In this document: one piece after another, positions 40,749 to 54,420 of the stretch
Position numbering within the stretch: position 1 is the stretch's first letter
Layout of the letters: each line of letters begins with the position of its first letter
Assembly (NCBI GenBank): GCA_964016885.1
Contig: OZ024745.1
Coordinates: 114,266,001 to 114,330,000, forward strand
DNA length: 64,000 nucleotides
Source: Eledone cirrhosa
Lineage: Eukaryota
Direction of reading: 5' to 3'
Notes under the pieces: generated by a model
Databases searched by the model: none
Told to the model about the DNA's origin: nothing
What the model saw: the letters and a program-made list of their open reading frames with translations, nothing else
Program-made: the position numbers and the translations under genes

Positions 40749-41420
40749 ATATATATATATATATATATATAAGAAAAATGGAGTGCTGCGTGGTTGCACA
40801 TGGGTTACAGTGATCTTCCAACCTTCATTGGTATTTCAGCGATGAAATACCAATGAAGGTTGGAAGATCACTGGTGAAGGGCTAATTTCATTCATATGTA
40901 ACCCATGTGCTACCACGCAGCACTCCATTTTCCTTATATTTATATTTTTTTCCTCAGCTGCGATTGTCTGTTTCTTTCTTACTGCTTCCCCTCTCTCTGT
41001 ATCTCTCACCTTCTTTTTACCCCCTCTGCCAGTCACACTCGCTCTCGGCAGGTCTCTTCCTCACACTTCCACTCACTCACTCTCTGCTTCTCCCCCTCTC
41101 TCACTTCCTCCCGTTTGACCTGTGTGAAATCCTTTTCTCGCTCACATCTCACCCATGTCGGATGGTCTGTATCTCTCGTCCATGATTTCACCAAGCTTAA
41201 GCTTACAGATATCATGTACTTGTCTCTTCCTATCTTTCCGTTGCAATACCATCTTTGTTCGTTTACATGTATCGCTCGCTTCACGCTATTTTACTTGTCC
41301 CGATAACTTTATTTAGTTATTGCTCGCACCAACCAGAGGTATATGATTTTTAAAGCGATGAAATACCAATAAAGGTTGGAAGATCACTGATGAAGAACTA
41401 ATTTTATTTATATATATATA

Positions 41421-41480
<60 letters not shown>

Positions 41481-41649
41481 AAGAAGAAGAAGAAGAAAAC
41501 GTGAATCTACATGTGAGAACACATATCTGAGGAGCTTTCGATTCCAGAGTCAGGAACGAGCATAATTCGATCGCTCCTCGAGCTGATCGGCAATGAAACA
41601 TATGTAATGTGTAATTAAATATATATATATGATACACTACTGAATATGC

Positions 41650-44600
41650 ATGTATATGTACACACACATGTTTTTCTACGGATGGGCAGAAATAACAAAA
41701 TTGCCATGGTGATATTCATGGATGAAGTATGCGGCAAAACTGGTCGATGTTCCAAAATAGAACATTGCCCAGAAAATCACATCTGCCATATCTGTACGGA
41801 ACCCGAAACTCCTTCCGTAATCGTTGGGTCGAATGTGGAACCTGTCACATCTCTGTCTGCCTTCAATGCGCCACAGGCTTCCGGAAGATCCCAGGCCAAA
41901 ACAAGAAACATCATATTGCTATGATGGATAGACTCTAGGAGATGGTCCAGCTAACAAATTGGTCCTTTCAGTGCTTGGACTGTATGCCTGCCTCTACCAT
42001 TGCTGCGGAACAACAACAACAAAAACCGAAGATCGTGTCTTCCTCTACCATAGTTCCTGAACAACAGCAAAAACCAACGACCGTAGCTTCTGCTACTACC
42101 CCTGTCGAAGGACTTCATCAACAACAGCAACCCATGTCTTCATTTTCAACAACAACAACCGACCACTGTGTCTTCTCCTACCATGCCTGTTGAAGGAGAA
42201 GAACAACAACAAAACTCGACCGTCAATACGGAGTTTGAGGAAATACGGCAAATGATTTCCGCTTTAAGCCGAGAAATAGCGGGAATAAAATCAAGCGTTC
42301 GTGTAGAACTCCACAATGAGGGATCTTACCGGAGTGCCTTGTTAAAAAAAATCTCCGCGTACCTCATGTTGAACCTAGACGTATTGAGAATGCCACTGAA
42401 TCTGCAAACCACAAAGTGATTGCCATTGGTGTACTAGAAGACATAGTTGATCTTCAGGCATTTGCTGCCAGTTCATCCAAATACTTGGGCTGTGCTCCCG
42501 CAAAGGGTGCTCTACGCCTTGGCCGACCAGGCCCGAAACCCAGGCTAATTAGACTGTCGTTTTCAAACTCAACTGAGGCACGTTCATACCTTGTAGCCTC
42601 TGATAAAGCTAGGCGTGAAACTGGGATTGCTTTCCGAACACGCCCTGGTCTTCCACCTGATGTCCGCCCAAAGTTGCGTGCTGCAGCTTCCTTAAACCGC
42701 AGCTCGGCAGAACATGAAAGCTTCAGCCTATGTGATGATGGGCAGATATGGAAGTTTTTTAAGGCTGGTGAAACATGGAAAAGAGATACCAGCTGGTCTG
42801 AAAACACTGTACCCACAACAACTGACAATAAAGAAACTGAAAAAACTCTGGGAAACTAAATCAGAACAACCTGCCATCCCCTGCATATAATCAAAGACTG
42901 GAATCAAGGTACAAATTGTTGTCCTTGAATGCACGTAGTCTATGCAATAAGATTCATCTTTTTGACTCCTACATCAAAAGTATCAACCCTGACTTCATTA
43001 CAGTCACGGAAACTTGGGCACATCCATTACTCTGTGATGGGGTTTTCAGCATAACTGGCTACAACCTGTTTCGTAAGGACCTCATTAATCGTCGTGGTGG
43101 TGGTGTAATGGTCTACGTTCGGTCAAATTTGCCGGCAATTCCTTGTGTTGATTTGAACCAATCACGGCAGGAAGTTTTTTTCTGCGATATACGTATGACC
43201 ATGTCAACACTGCTACTTGGAGTCGTTTACCGTCCCCAAAATTACCATCAGGACACTCAACTTTGTGATATCCTCAGAGCTGCTGCCAGGAAAATAGCCA
43301 CTTATGTTTTCATTGCAGGAGACTTCAATCACCCTGAGATTGACTGGGAAACCTTTCGTTGGCCGCCAAGTGCAAATGACTTCCTTGAGTTAGTGCTGGA
43401 CTCGACTTGGTCCCAAGTAGTCACCTCCCCAACAAGAGGTGACAACACTTTGGACCTACTCTTCACCACTACTCCTGAAACGGTCATTAGTGTTACTGCT
43501 GAGGGACCTTTAGGTCACTCTGATCATGCTATGATCATTGCCAATCTATCCCTCATGGGCAGTAACAAGAACCACAACCATCTCCAAACTGCTCACTTTG
43601 ACTGGAATAAAGCAGACTGGAACTGTTACTGCACCGAGTTGCAACGGCCAAACTGGCTTGAGTTCTACGACTCTGGAGATGTGAACACTGTACTCCAGAA
43701 CATCCCGAGCTCAATACGGACAGCATGTGCAGCATCGGTGCCACGTAAGCGGAAAAAACATCCCAAAAGTGCAATTTGGGAGACTGCAGCAGTCCGTCTT
43801 GCCAGAAAAGAACGTCGCAATGCTGAACGTGAGTACAAACTGCACAAATCAGACATTAATAGGAAGAGGCGAAATAGATCGTCCAACCACCTCAAACAGG
43901 TGATAAAAAAGGCAGTGCTTCAATTTGAGCAGCGCATAACAACCAGCCCTGATAGTAAGGTGTTCTGGAAGTATGTTCACTCAAAGCAGGGGCCTCACTC
44001 TCCAGTTGGTCCTCTTCACAATCCCCACACAAGCCAGGTTACTGACGACCCCAAGGTATGCGCAGAGCTAATTGCTGAATGCTATGCAGGCATTTTCACT
44101 ATTGAAGACCAGAGTGCACCGTCTCCACCACCTATGACACCGGATTCTATTACAACCATGGAATTTACACCTGCAATGCTGCGACGTCACCTAAAAAATA
44201 AACGCAACCATGCTTCTCCTGGTCTTGATGATGTTACGTACCTGCTTCTTAAACGTGGTGGGTACTGCCTTCTGCACCAGTTATCACGCTTCTTCCAATT
44301 CTGTCTGAACAATGGTGCTACTCCAGAACAGTGGAAAACTGCCAGTGTCATTCCTCTGTTCAAAAAGGGTGACCGCACATCACCTGTGAACTATCATCCA
44401 GTCAGTCTTACTAGTTGCATTGCCAAACTGATGAAATCCCGTGTCAGAGAAACACTTTGGAACTTCTGGAACTCTCACAGTCTTATCCGGCCCTCGCAAT
44501 TTGGATTTATCCCCAACTCCAGCTTCTGTGATCACTGATGGCGGCTCATGAGTGGATGTTGTTTACCTTGACTTTGCGAAAGCTTTCAATTCTGTGCCAC

Positions 44601-45803
44601 ACAAAAGGCTTATGGCAAAACTCTCTGCAATGGGTGTGAAGGATGATCTTTTTAACTGGTTGAAGTCCTTCATTCTCAGTCGAAGAGAGGTAGTCATGGT
44701 TCTGGGACAGCATTCCTTACCATATGAGATATCATCTGGTGTACCACAGGGATCTGTTCTTGGCCCCCTTTTGTTTGTGGCATATATTAATGACATAGAT
44801 GCCAACTTAAAGAATGCCACAGTACTAAAGTATGCAGATGACCTCAAGCTGTACCGTGAGATAAAAAGGACAGATCCTGAACATTATAGATCTTGCTTGC
44901 AGTCTGACCTGGACACAATGCAACAATGGATCTCAGACTGGCAACTCAAGCTAGCTGTGGACAAGTGCACCACCATGCATTTTGGGAGTAAAAACCCAGC
45001 GTCCACATACTCCCTCCACAACACTAATATCAAGAAGTCTTCTTGTGAACGTGACCTGGGCATTACGGTCAGCAGCGATTTGTGTTGGACGAAGCACATC
45101 TCTAAAATTGTCAAGAGGGCCGAGGGTGTCTTAGCATCACTCAGCAAGACCTTTGTCAGCCGCTCTCCAGCTATCTATTTTAGGCTGTACATGGCTATGT
45201 TGCGGCCACACTTAGAATTTGCATCACCAGTCTGAAACCCCTATCTTGTTCAGAACATTGACCGCCTGGAAACTGTTCAGAGACGTGCAACCAAGCGAAT
45301 ATCTTCCATCAGGCATCTACCATACTCTGAGCGCCTTGCTTCCCTGGGCATGGATACATTGAAGCTCCGACGCCTGGCAATTGACTTGGTAACACCCACA
45401 ATATTGTTAACCATCTTGCCAACAACAACCCTGAGTACCTTTTTGATTTCCATGTGTCTAACACACGTGGACATGCCCACAAAGTCAGAAAACTGTACAG
45501 TTCCCATGACTTTCGGAAACATATTTTCACGCTCAGAGTTGCTGAAGCATGGAACAAACTACCTGCATCGGTTGTTAGCTGTCGAGACACTGCATCCTTT
45601 AAAACCTCCATGCTTCCCGAGATTCGCCAACACTACATCTAATGTTCCCCCTCCATACACGTACACACATGTATATCATGACTCATGCACTATTCACTTC
45701 TCTGACATTTGTATATTATTCTATGTACTATACATGCACCTTTGACGAGTTGTAGTGCACCTGAGCACTTTACACAATAATTTCATTATTATTATTATTA
45801 TTA
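41650..45803 (+). mobile_element. Near full-length CR1-group LINE (ORF1 with PHD-like finger; ORF2 APE + RT), inactivated
   Basis: ORF1 pieces CHIC...WVECGTCHISVCLQC...FQCLDC and RLGRPGPKPRLIRL. ORF2 LNARSL, VTETW, AGDFNHP, LDLLFT, SDH, VVYLDFAKAFNSVPH, GVPQGSVLGPLLF, YADD. Ends in (ATT)n. 5' boundary approximate. Confidence 0.97.
42841..45640 (+). pseudogene. LINE ORF2 endonuclease-reverse transcriptase, disrupted
   Basis: Open from 42841 to 44538. Deletion/frameshift near 44530, TGA at 45233, further frameshifts after 45400. Confidence 0.93.
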
Positions 45804-45870
45804 TACACACAGACACACACACACACAGACACACACAGACACATACACACACAGACACACACACACACGC

Positions 45871-45907
<37 letters not shown>

Positions 45908-46419
45908 TAGTTTCTAGAGCTAAATATTATTTCAGTGTGCAAAAATTTGATAGGAAAATGTAAAAGGATTGACAGTAAAAAAAAACGGAAGTCATGTTTA
46001 TTGTATATTTTCGTAATCGGCACGCTAATTATTTGTTTTGTGTTCGTTTATTTTGATTTAGATTCAGCACGTTAGTTTCGGATTCAGCATGAACGAAAAA
46101 TATACATTTATTAACATGAATTACGGTATAAACTTTCACTTTGTGCTAAGGGGCCCAAGTGTGTGGACCTCCTAGTAGTGGGCTTTGGAAACTGATCACT
46201 GATCTCTGATCCTGAAACCAACTCAAACGTAAAAAGAACAACTTTGTGTATCTTAACACCATAAAAATAAAGCGATGAAGCCAAAATTAAATTTCAATGC
46301 ATAATACGAAACGAACGCTGTGTAACACCGAATCTGAAACTTAATAACATACCAATATGGAACATATTTATTTATTTAATTATTCATTCAATTTAAACGT
46401 CTGTATATAGCTAGTAAAC

Positions 46420-47260
46420 CATGGCCGGCCAAGGAAGATATACAGTATCCCTTACAGTTAAGAAACAAAATCAAAACAGGGAGACAAAAAAAGGTGAAGA
46501 GAGCCAACGGAGGTAAAAGAAGCATATATAAATATGGAAAACAAGGGTAAACGTGAAACAAATTTAAAGCAATTAAAAGTTTCTCTTGTTGAATCTTTTC
46601 GTAGCCTCCGAGATCGTGTTTATAGTTGGTAGATCTTTAATAATATATCTTAGCAGTTTTTTTGAATGATCTACTGCTTGTTTCTGCAGTGGAATAAATA
46701 GTGCCAAAGAGTTTCTGGGCAGTCTCTACAAAAATATAGAAATGATTCTTTTTGACATGTTTGTAATAAAATATAGTTCAGCAGTATAAGGCTGTTTCAA
46801 AGCCAGCATAGTCTTTTGTTTTTAATTAATATTGCTCTGTGTCTGATAGGTTTTTTTAATGTTGACAGATCTTGTGGAGAAAGTGCAGGAGTGAAATTTG
46901 AAAGATTATCTTTAGATTCTTCTCCAATTTTTCCCACCATTGACTAATTATATTTTTACTAAATGATTTTACTTGCGATAGATTTGGGATGTAGCCTATA
47001 TCTATCATTTCCTTTTGTACACCTTCCTTTGCTAATTCATCTACTTTCCTATTTCCATTTCCTCTAATATCTGTATGGCTTGGTATCCAAATCAATATCT
47101 TTAACCCAACCTCTTTATCTTGATTGAAACTGTTCTAGATTCGTCAAATATTATGAAAACCCGATGTAATCTGAAGCTCATATCTCTATTATTATTTCTG
47201 AAAGGTAAAATACCTCCACATCCAACCCACTTGTCTGTGTAACTGACCCAGTCATAAAAC
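46420..47260 (-). mobile_element. RNase H-containing (I-group) LINE 3' remnant
   Basis: IWIPSHTDIRGNGNRKVDELAK matches the RNase H WIPxHxxIxGNExxDxLAK motif. Confidence 0.75.
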
Positions 47261-47559
47261 TGATTGGCAATATGGCTGTAGGATAATGTGTTGCAATTAT
47301 TTTGCTTCCTCTTTTGAGTTTTTAATCATTATTTTAAATTATTTTAATTGTTCTACTCATGGAGGAAGCCCTCTTTTGAGTTTTTAATCATTATTTTAAA
47401 TTATTTTAATTGTTCTACTCATGGAGGAAGCCACATATGCTGTTTTCTTTTGCATTTAAACATAGCAGTTAGCAATTAACGTTTCCTAGACTCTTCTAAC
47501 AAGTGAGTTGGGGTTAGCCCTGCTTCATGAAAAATAGCTATCTTGGAATTTGATCTTAG

Positions 47560-48110
47560 ACATCCCAATATAGTTTTTTCCAATTTGTATACAAAAATCT
47601 ATCGATAGCTTGAAGATAGATACCTAGCTGCCATACAAAAATTGAGCATTGATGACTCCCTTATACAATCCCAAGTGTTTTTATGTTAGGCAGTGGAATT
47701 TCTCTGAAATAACTTTAATTACATGCCATGTTGAGGTAATCCTTTTCAGTGAGTCCTTAAGAAGAATTTGCCATTTCAAATCAGTTTTATGGATTTCTGC
47801 GTTATTAATACTTGCTTCATTAGTTATATTTCATTACATTGTTAATTGATAGGTTAGGATTAGGGTTAGGGTTACGGTTAGGGTTAAGTTTATGGAAGTG
47901 AATCAAATGTGTTTTAGGGGGATCAAATTGTTGAACGCTTTCTTTTACCCATTTAGTTTCAGTTGATAGGGCTGTGCATATTTAGTTTTGTTGTTGTTGA
48001 GGGTACTAGATGAAGTATACAAGTTGATGTCATCTGCAAAGCCTAATACTTCCACAATTTTATTTAGAGATGTAAACAAAGTCTTTTGAACTGCCTTATA
48101 TACTGTATTA
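47560..48110 (-). mobile_element. Degraded LINE RT fragment
   Basis: VLGFADDINLY at about 48015-48050 on the minus strand. Confidence 0.45.
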
Positions 48111-48214
48111 CTCTGAACTGCCTTTCACTAATCTGGATACTGAAAAAAATCACCCCAGCTTTAAATATCTGAATGCCTTATACAGTTGTATCATCAACTC
48201 ATATAATTTACACC

Positions 48215-48256
<42 letters not shown>

Positions 48257-48379
48257 ACTCCAGCGAAGGGTTTGGATATACAGGGTAAGTGGAAAGAAAC
48301 TCTATTTAAAATTGATAACTTTACTATTGGTGGATTTTCGTAAAACATGTTTTATTTTTAACAGTATAACAGTGGAAGT

Positions 48380-48765
48380 ACAATACAGTGTTAACATTCA
48401 ATATAGGCACCAGTGTTGTCCACCAGTGTTTTTAATCATCTGGGTATATCCTCAACTGACTTCATCAGGAACTCAGGAAGTATGTTGGTTAGTACATGAT
48501 GAATGCCTTCCTCCAATTGAGTCAGAGGTTTTGGGTTTTGAGCTATAAACTTCTTCCTTCGCCCACTCCCACAGGAAAAAATCTCAATGCGTTAAGTTAG
48601 GGCTTCTTGCTGACCATTCATGTGGACTTCGACACCCCATCCAACATCATGGAAATTGGACATCAAGCCACTCATGGACAGCGCGTACACAATGAGGAGA
48701 GGCCCCATTTTGCATTGATATGAAGTCATTGATGTTGTTCCAAGTAGTCACAGTAGACCAAAAGT
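48380..48765 (-). mobile_element. Tc1/mariner transposase C-terminal remnant
   Basis: MQNGASPHCVRAVHEWLDVQFP*CWMG...EWSARSPNLTH*DFFLWEWAKEEVY, matching QDGAPPH...WPPRSPDLxPLDFFLWG. Confidence 0.85.
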
Positions 48766-49117
48766 TATAAGTAAATTGGGCAAATACAATGAAATAAAAA
48801 AAATAGTCAAAACAATTATGTAAGAAATATATGGAAGAGTAGAAAAAAAAGAAAAAGAAGAAAATAGGCTTATAACTCCCAAGTTGTTATTCGGCAAGAG
48901 AGTAATTGAAAATACTGGAAATAAACAAACTGTGGGATTATGAAGAGCGGGGAGAGGCGAGTGGTTACATTACTACGAACAAAACATGATTTTTTAAAAA
49001 TACAATGCACGCTTGGCTGAAAGGAAAAATGGGAATACTAAAATATAGCTCGACAAATTGCAAGAACTATTTGGAAATGTTTTATAGAGCAAAAATAAAG
49101 AAGAGGAAAAAAAGTGA

Positions 49118-49160
<43 letters not shown>

Positions 49161-50099
49161 TTAGGTGATGTGAAGAAAATACAATATGACTCGGAATATT
49201 AGCAAATGAAAAACATTCTACGTACATAAAGTGTGTGTGTGTATGTAGTGGTGGTAGTGATGGTGTGTGTGTGTGTGTGTGTATGTGTGTGTATGTATGT
49301 GTGTGTATGTGTGCGTGTGTTTATGTGGTGATGGTGGTGGTGTGTGTGTCTGTGTGTCTCTGTGTGTGTATAGTGATATACTATAACAATTAACATATGT
49401 GTCAGTTGCTATAAAGCAAAAAGGTAAATATTTCAGCAAGCTTTGACTGCGACCCAGTTTTCTTGTTTATGTAAGTTAGTCAATGCAAGGCAGAGAAGTA
49501 CTCCTGACATTTGCCAGCCTACCCAGGCTATTGACATTGATGCAGTCAAGATCCTATCTCGAATCGCGATCATCTACAAATCAATGTCTGCAATGTAGGC
49601 TTGCGGGTGGTCAGAAATTTTGCAACAGAGTCAATTCTGTAGACACCCAAAGACAATGTGGGGCGTTAAACTAAGCATACCACACATACACGCGCGCGCA
49701 AAGCTTCCACAAGTGTCCCACAATCATCTGTCACACGTTTCGAGCATATATCACTACAACTCTTACACAATTTATAAACAGAAATCATCACATACTAAGT
49801 GGAAAGATAATATCTTTCCACTTAGTATGTGAGGATTATAATCCTTTTAGTATTCAAACCATTAATAGTTTTCAAACCATCATGTCACTACACAAAACAT
49901 TAATTTCCAGAATAAATTAGGTCATATAACAGAATTTGCCTATTGAAATCTTTAAGTCCTTACGCTGATAATCACACTAGTAAATCCATCTGGACCACTT
50001 GTACTCTTTTTGACAGAATTGGTCACACAACAAATGTCTCGACTAAATGTTTATAATTTTGAGCTGAGTTTTTGATAATATAATTTTTAGCCCACTTAT

Positions 50100-50494
50100 T
50101 CCTGAGAGGGTTGACAGGACAGAATCCTCAAACTCTCTTTCTGGGGTGTCCTGTCCGAAGAAACATCTTCAATTGATTCTGATCACATGTCTGTAATATC
50201 GGATCTGTGATCTCTGAATTCGGAGAAATAGCCGCTCTATCTGGAGCTACTCTCAGAGCTATGTACTCTTTTGAGTAACGTTACTCCAAAGACCCTTCGA
50301 AGGAACCCCATTTCGATCGCTTGTATTCGTGATCTTATTCTTTCAGTTATTACCCAAGAATCATGATCATAAGTAAGGGTTGGCACAAATACTGAATTGA
50401 AGATAGCGCGTTTGTCTTTTACACTTACCCTTCTTCTTCTGATTACCGAAGGCTGAAGTTGGCGCATTCTGCCTTGTTTGAATGTTGCTTTCAT
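50100..50494 (-). mobile_element. RTE LINE remnant
   Basis: KRAIFNSVFVPTLTYDHDSWVITERIRSRIQAIEMGFLRRVFGVT. Confidence 0.85.
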
Positions 50495-50829
50495 GCATTT
50501 CCCAGTCCATCAGCGTCAGACACCATGCTTTGCAGCATAGAGTTATGGTCCTTTACGTTCTGAGTTCAAATCCGCCGAGGTTAACTTTGCCTTTCATCCT
50601 TACGAGGTCGATAAAATAAAGCACTAGTAATACACTAGGGTAATTGCTGGCCTTATGCCAATAGTAGAAACATTATTATTATTATTATTATTTCGCTGCG
50701 ACCTCTCTCGGCATTACCGAGCACAGCTTTATGCGCCTTGGGTATGTGCGGTGTTGTTTTTAATGTTGGTGTTTTTTGTTATAATGAAAGTACTTTTCGT
50801 AATATGTTCACAGTGCCTAGTAATGCTAT

Positions 50830-51500
50830 TTTATGTATGTTGCATATATTCATAAGGGGTTATTTCTGTTTTCATCATCCACATTAGGTTTATTTCTACC
50901 TCCAGATATTTCTATTTGGATAATTTCTTCATTTCTTTGACAGATATGTTGTCGTTAATTAGAAGGTATTTATTTTCTTTACGATATTTGACTACATATC
51001 TGGCCGGTTGGTTTTGATCTCCCTGTCTATGTGTAATGGCATATCTAAGAGTATGGTTGCTTTCTCCTTACAACTATCTGCCATTTCAGCCTTTGTGAGT
51101 TATCTGGATTAGTTTTCAATTATTCTTTACTAGATATTTTTGTAATCATACAAAATCCAATACCTTTATGTATTCGTGATAAATATAATCTTTCTATTTT
51201 GAATGTTGTATTCTAAATGCAGCCATTACTTCTCTTGTTCTTTTGTCTATTTTTTTAATTGCTTTACCATCCAGTTAAGAATATCATAACTATAATTTAT
51301 TACGGGCGCAACTAGCGTATTAATCTCTGTTACCTTACATTTAGCTCGGTTTTAAGTATTAAATAAATACGTCAATAGTATTCCTTTCTAATGTTTTCTT
51401 TGGTTTGTGCCTGTTGCACTCAATCTAGTTAATTGATTCCTAAGTATTTGTATATCTGTATTTGCTTTAATTCTCTTATATCAGTCTTTATCTAGTGAAA
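50830..51500 (-). mobile_element. R4/Dong-like RLE LINE remnant
   Basis: ATILLDMPLHIDREIKTNRPD on the minus strand (about 50995-51060) resembles the ILWDxxIxTDRxIxANRPD restriction-like endonuclease motif. Confidence 0.6.
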
Positions 51501-53811
51501 TATAATTTTTTTTTATCAATATATTACGATATATGGAATATTTTGGTTTCCATCAACCGAGAAAGGACGCATGGGTGTATGTGCCTGGCTTTCATGACAG
51601 AGAACGAGGGGATATGACTGGCCGAGTTAGTACACAACACATCTGTTCACAGGCTTTTGTCGCAACATATAGGGCGGCGAAACATATGGATCGAACCATA
51701 ATCATTAGCAGGGTTATTGACTCATGACCCAACGTTATTATAGGTTGGTTGTGAGCATCAAGGGGGACCAAAAAGACATGTGGATTGGTGGGATCAGTAT
51801 GGTCATGCAAATTCTGATGGTCTCCTGAGACAATAGATCCATCCCGGAGCTGTACTACAGCTAGTGGCAGAGTAGAAAACATCAAACTATTACACATGTA
51901 TAAGTAAGAACCTCTTGAGAGTTTTCTAACATTAAGAGATGGAAAGGCAGAAGAGGCGAGAACGCAACAGACAGTAAGAGAATCAGCAACACAATTACAA
52001 GGGGACACAATTTGATTTTTCTAGAACACCACTGATCAAAGTTCTGAAGATAGCCGAAATACTTGCTTCGTTTTTTATGCCAGCAACTGGCGATCAGGGA
52101 GTAAAGGGTTCCGATTGTAACAGTACCAGCACATCATCTTACGATAATAAGGAGTTGATGAGAGAAAAGAGCGCAAAAACGAAAGACGTAACAAAATGTA
52201 TGTGACACACGGGGAGGATCCCACGTCTCCTCGAGACGGTGAAAACTACAGAGATCTTTCATTCTCAGCTGATTTCCAGATAGATCAATTGAATAACCTG
52301 GAGAAAGGCGATGGGGTCAAATTGCCAACTGTAGAGAACCAATAGCGGAAGGTAGTCAAAGTCATGAGATGTTCTGACCCAATCAAGCTTGTGAGTTTCT
52401 TACACATCTGTAGGTGGATTACTCAATTTGCTCTTATTTGTTTTTAATATAATTATGTACATATTTCGTTTTCTTTAATCTGTACCAAATTTGTAATACG
52501 TTTATTGTATAATCGTTTTTAGAAAACCCTATCTTGTCTTTCCCCATACGCTTTCGTAACCCATATGTACAATGTATGGACACTTGCAGCCAATAAAGCA
52601 AGAACTATTGTTATTATCAACAATAATAATGATTTCTAATTTAAGCGAAAGGCCAGAAATGTGGATGAGGTGAAGAAATTCCATTAAATCGACTCAAGTA
52701 CTTGACTGGTGTTTTATTTTAGCCACAACGGAAGGATAAAATGCAAAATTGACCATGGTGATATTTGAACATAGTATGTAAAGAATCGTAGCTAAATACC
52801 ACAAGGTATTTCATCAGATGTGTTACCGATTCTGCCAATAATAATTGTTTCTACTTTAGGTAAAATGCCAAGTAAAATTTGAAGAGAAGGGAATGTCAAT
52901 TAAATACACCCTAGTGCGTTACTGGTACTCTATTTTATTGACTCCGTAAAGATGAAAGGCAAAGCTAACCTTGATGGGATTTAAAAGGCTGCAACTATAT
53001 GCCACGAAGCATGTTGTCCATCGTTCTACCGATACTGCAAATCTACCGCCCTGGTTTTTCCAATAATAATTGTTTCTACTTTTGGCACAAGGCCAGCAAT
53101 TATCCCAGTGTATTACTGGTACTTTATTTTATCGACCCCGTAAGGATGAAAGGCAAAGTTAACCTCGGCGGGATTTGAACTCAGTCCGTAAAGGGACGTA
53201 ACTGTGCTGCAAAGCATGGCGTCCAACCCTCTACCGATACTGCCAATCCGCCGCCCAATAATAATGGTTTCTGAAGGAGAGGGAAAGTGAATTAAATCGA
53301 CTCCAGTACGTTATGGTGCTTTATTTTATCGACTCCATAAGGATGAAAGGTAAAGCTAAGATCAGCTGGATTTGAACTCACAAAGAGTCGTAAATATATG
53401 CCTCAAAGCATGTTGTCCGACGCTCTACCGATACTGCCAATCTACCGCCTTGATTTTTGACAATGATAATAAAAGAAATTATTAGTATTTTCTAAAACTG
53501 TTTTCATGTTTCTTGGCCTGGAACTAAATAAATGTAGAACACCACGAGGGCAATTTTAGGTTTATAGAAATGAATTAAATACCTTGAAAGCAATAAAACC
53601 ATAACTGGGTTAAAAATGATAACATCGTCGATCACATAAAAGAGAAATTATATTTTATTGTTATGCACAGAATGGCCTCCGAAAAACAAGATTCTCATAC
53701 TATTATTTCATACGCTCACATACATACATACATACATACATACATACATACATACATACATACATACATACATACATACATACATACATACATACATACA
53801 TACATACATAC

Positions 53812-54420
53812 ATGGTGGCTGCCAACTCGTTTTCGAGTACGGCCACTACTTTATATCCATGTAGGAGAACCCATACCGATGCGCTGAACGAGTGTGACTT
53901 TTAGTCCAGCCAGCGACTTGAAAACTCTGGCACAAACACTACACTTGTGACAATTATTGACACATAGTGCTGGGCCCATGGTACCATGTGACGACAAATG
54001 CAGAGAGATCTCCAGATATAAAGCAATGCCTGTTGCCGTGAAGCTTTTATAGTGAGCAAAGCACTGCACAAAGCCAATCCCACTCTCTTAACCAAGATGA
54101 TATTTACCAAAAAGAAGAACAAGTCAACATCATTGGATACCATCAGGGCTGTAGGTGTTATATCAGAGTTTTTCTTCTCCTAGAATTCTGCCTTGACAAA
54201 GGCTAAGGGGTCATCTCTCCCGGTGATTTTGGATGACCATTGACTCTTAAGAGCTCCTTTGCCCGTTGACAGGTTTTGTTATTAGTCCTGCAGGATGTCC
54301 AAAGTCACCCTCCTCACCAAGAAACTTTGGTGGGGTTGCCAGTTTAGTCGCCAACGACCCGACCATGAGACAGGTTGTACTGGGATACATGTTACCAGTA
54401 GCACCAACTGGTGACCTGAC
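53812..54420. mobile_element. Retroelement fragment with C2H2 finger, inserted in (TACA)n
   Basis: Minus strand HKCSVCARVFKSLAGLK resembles RTE-type C-terminal zinc fingers. (ACAT)n tracts flank both sides. Confidence 0.55.

Noticed and set aside
47308-47432. About 62-bp perfect tandem duplication (also 22-bp x3 at 58010-58075, and repeats at 28450-28750)
   Set aside because: Ordinary local slippage duplications with no further structure.
47853-47887. TTAGGG-like run as a telomere remnant
   Set aside because: Only about five degenerate units inside a decayed element; insufficient evidence.
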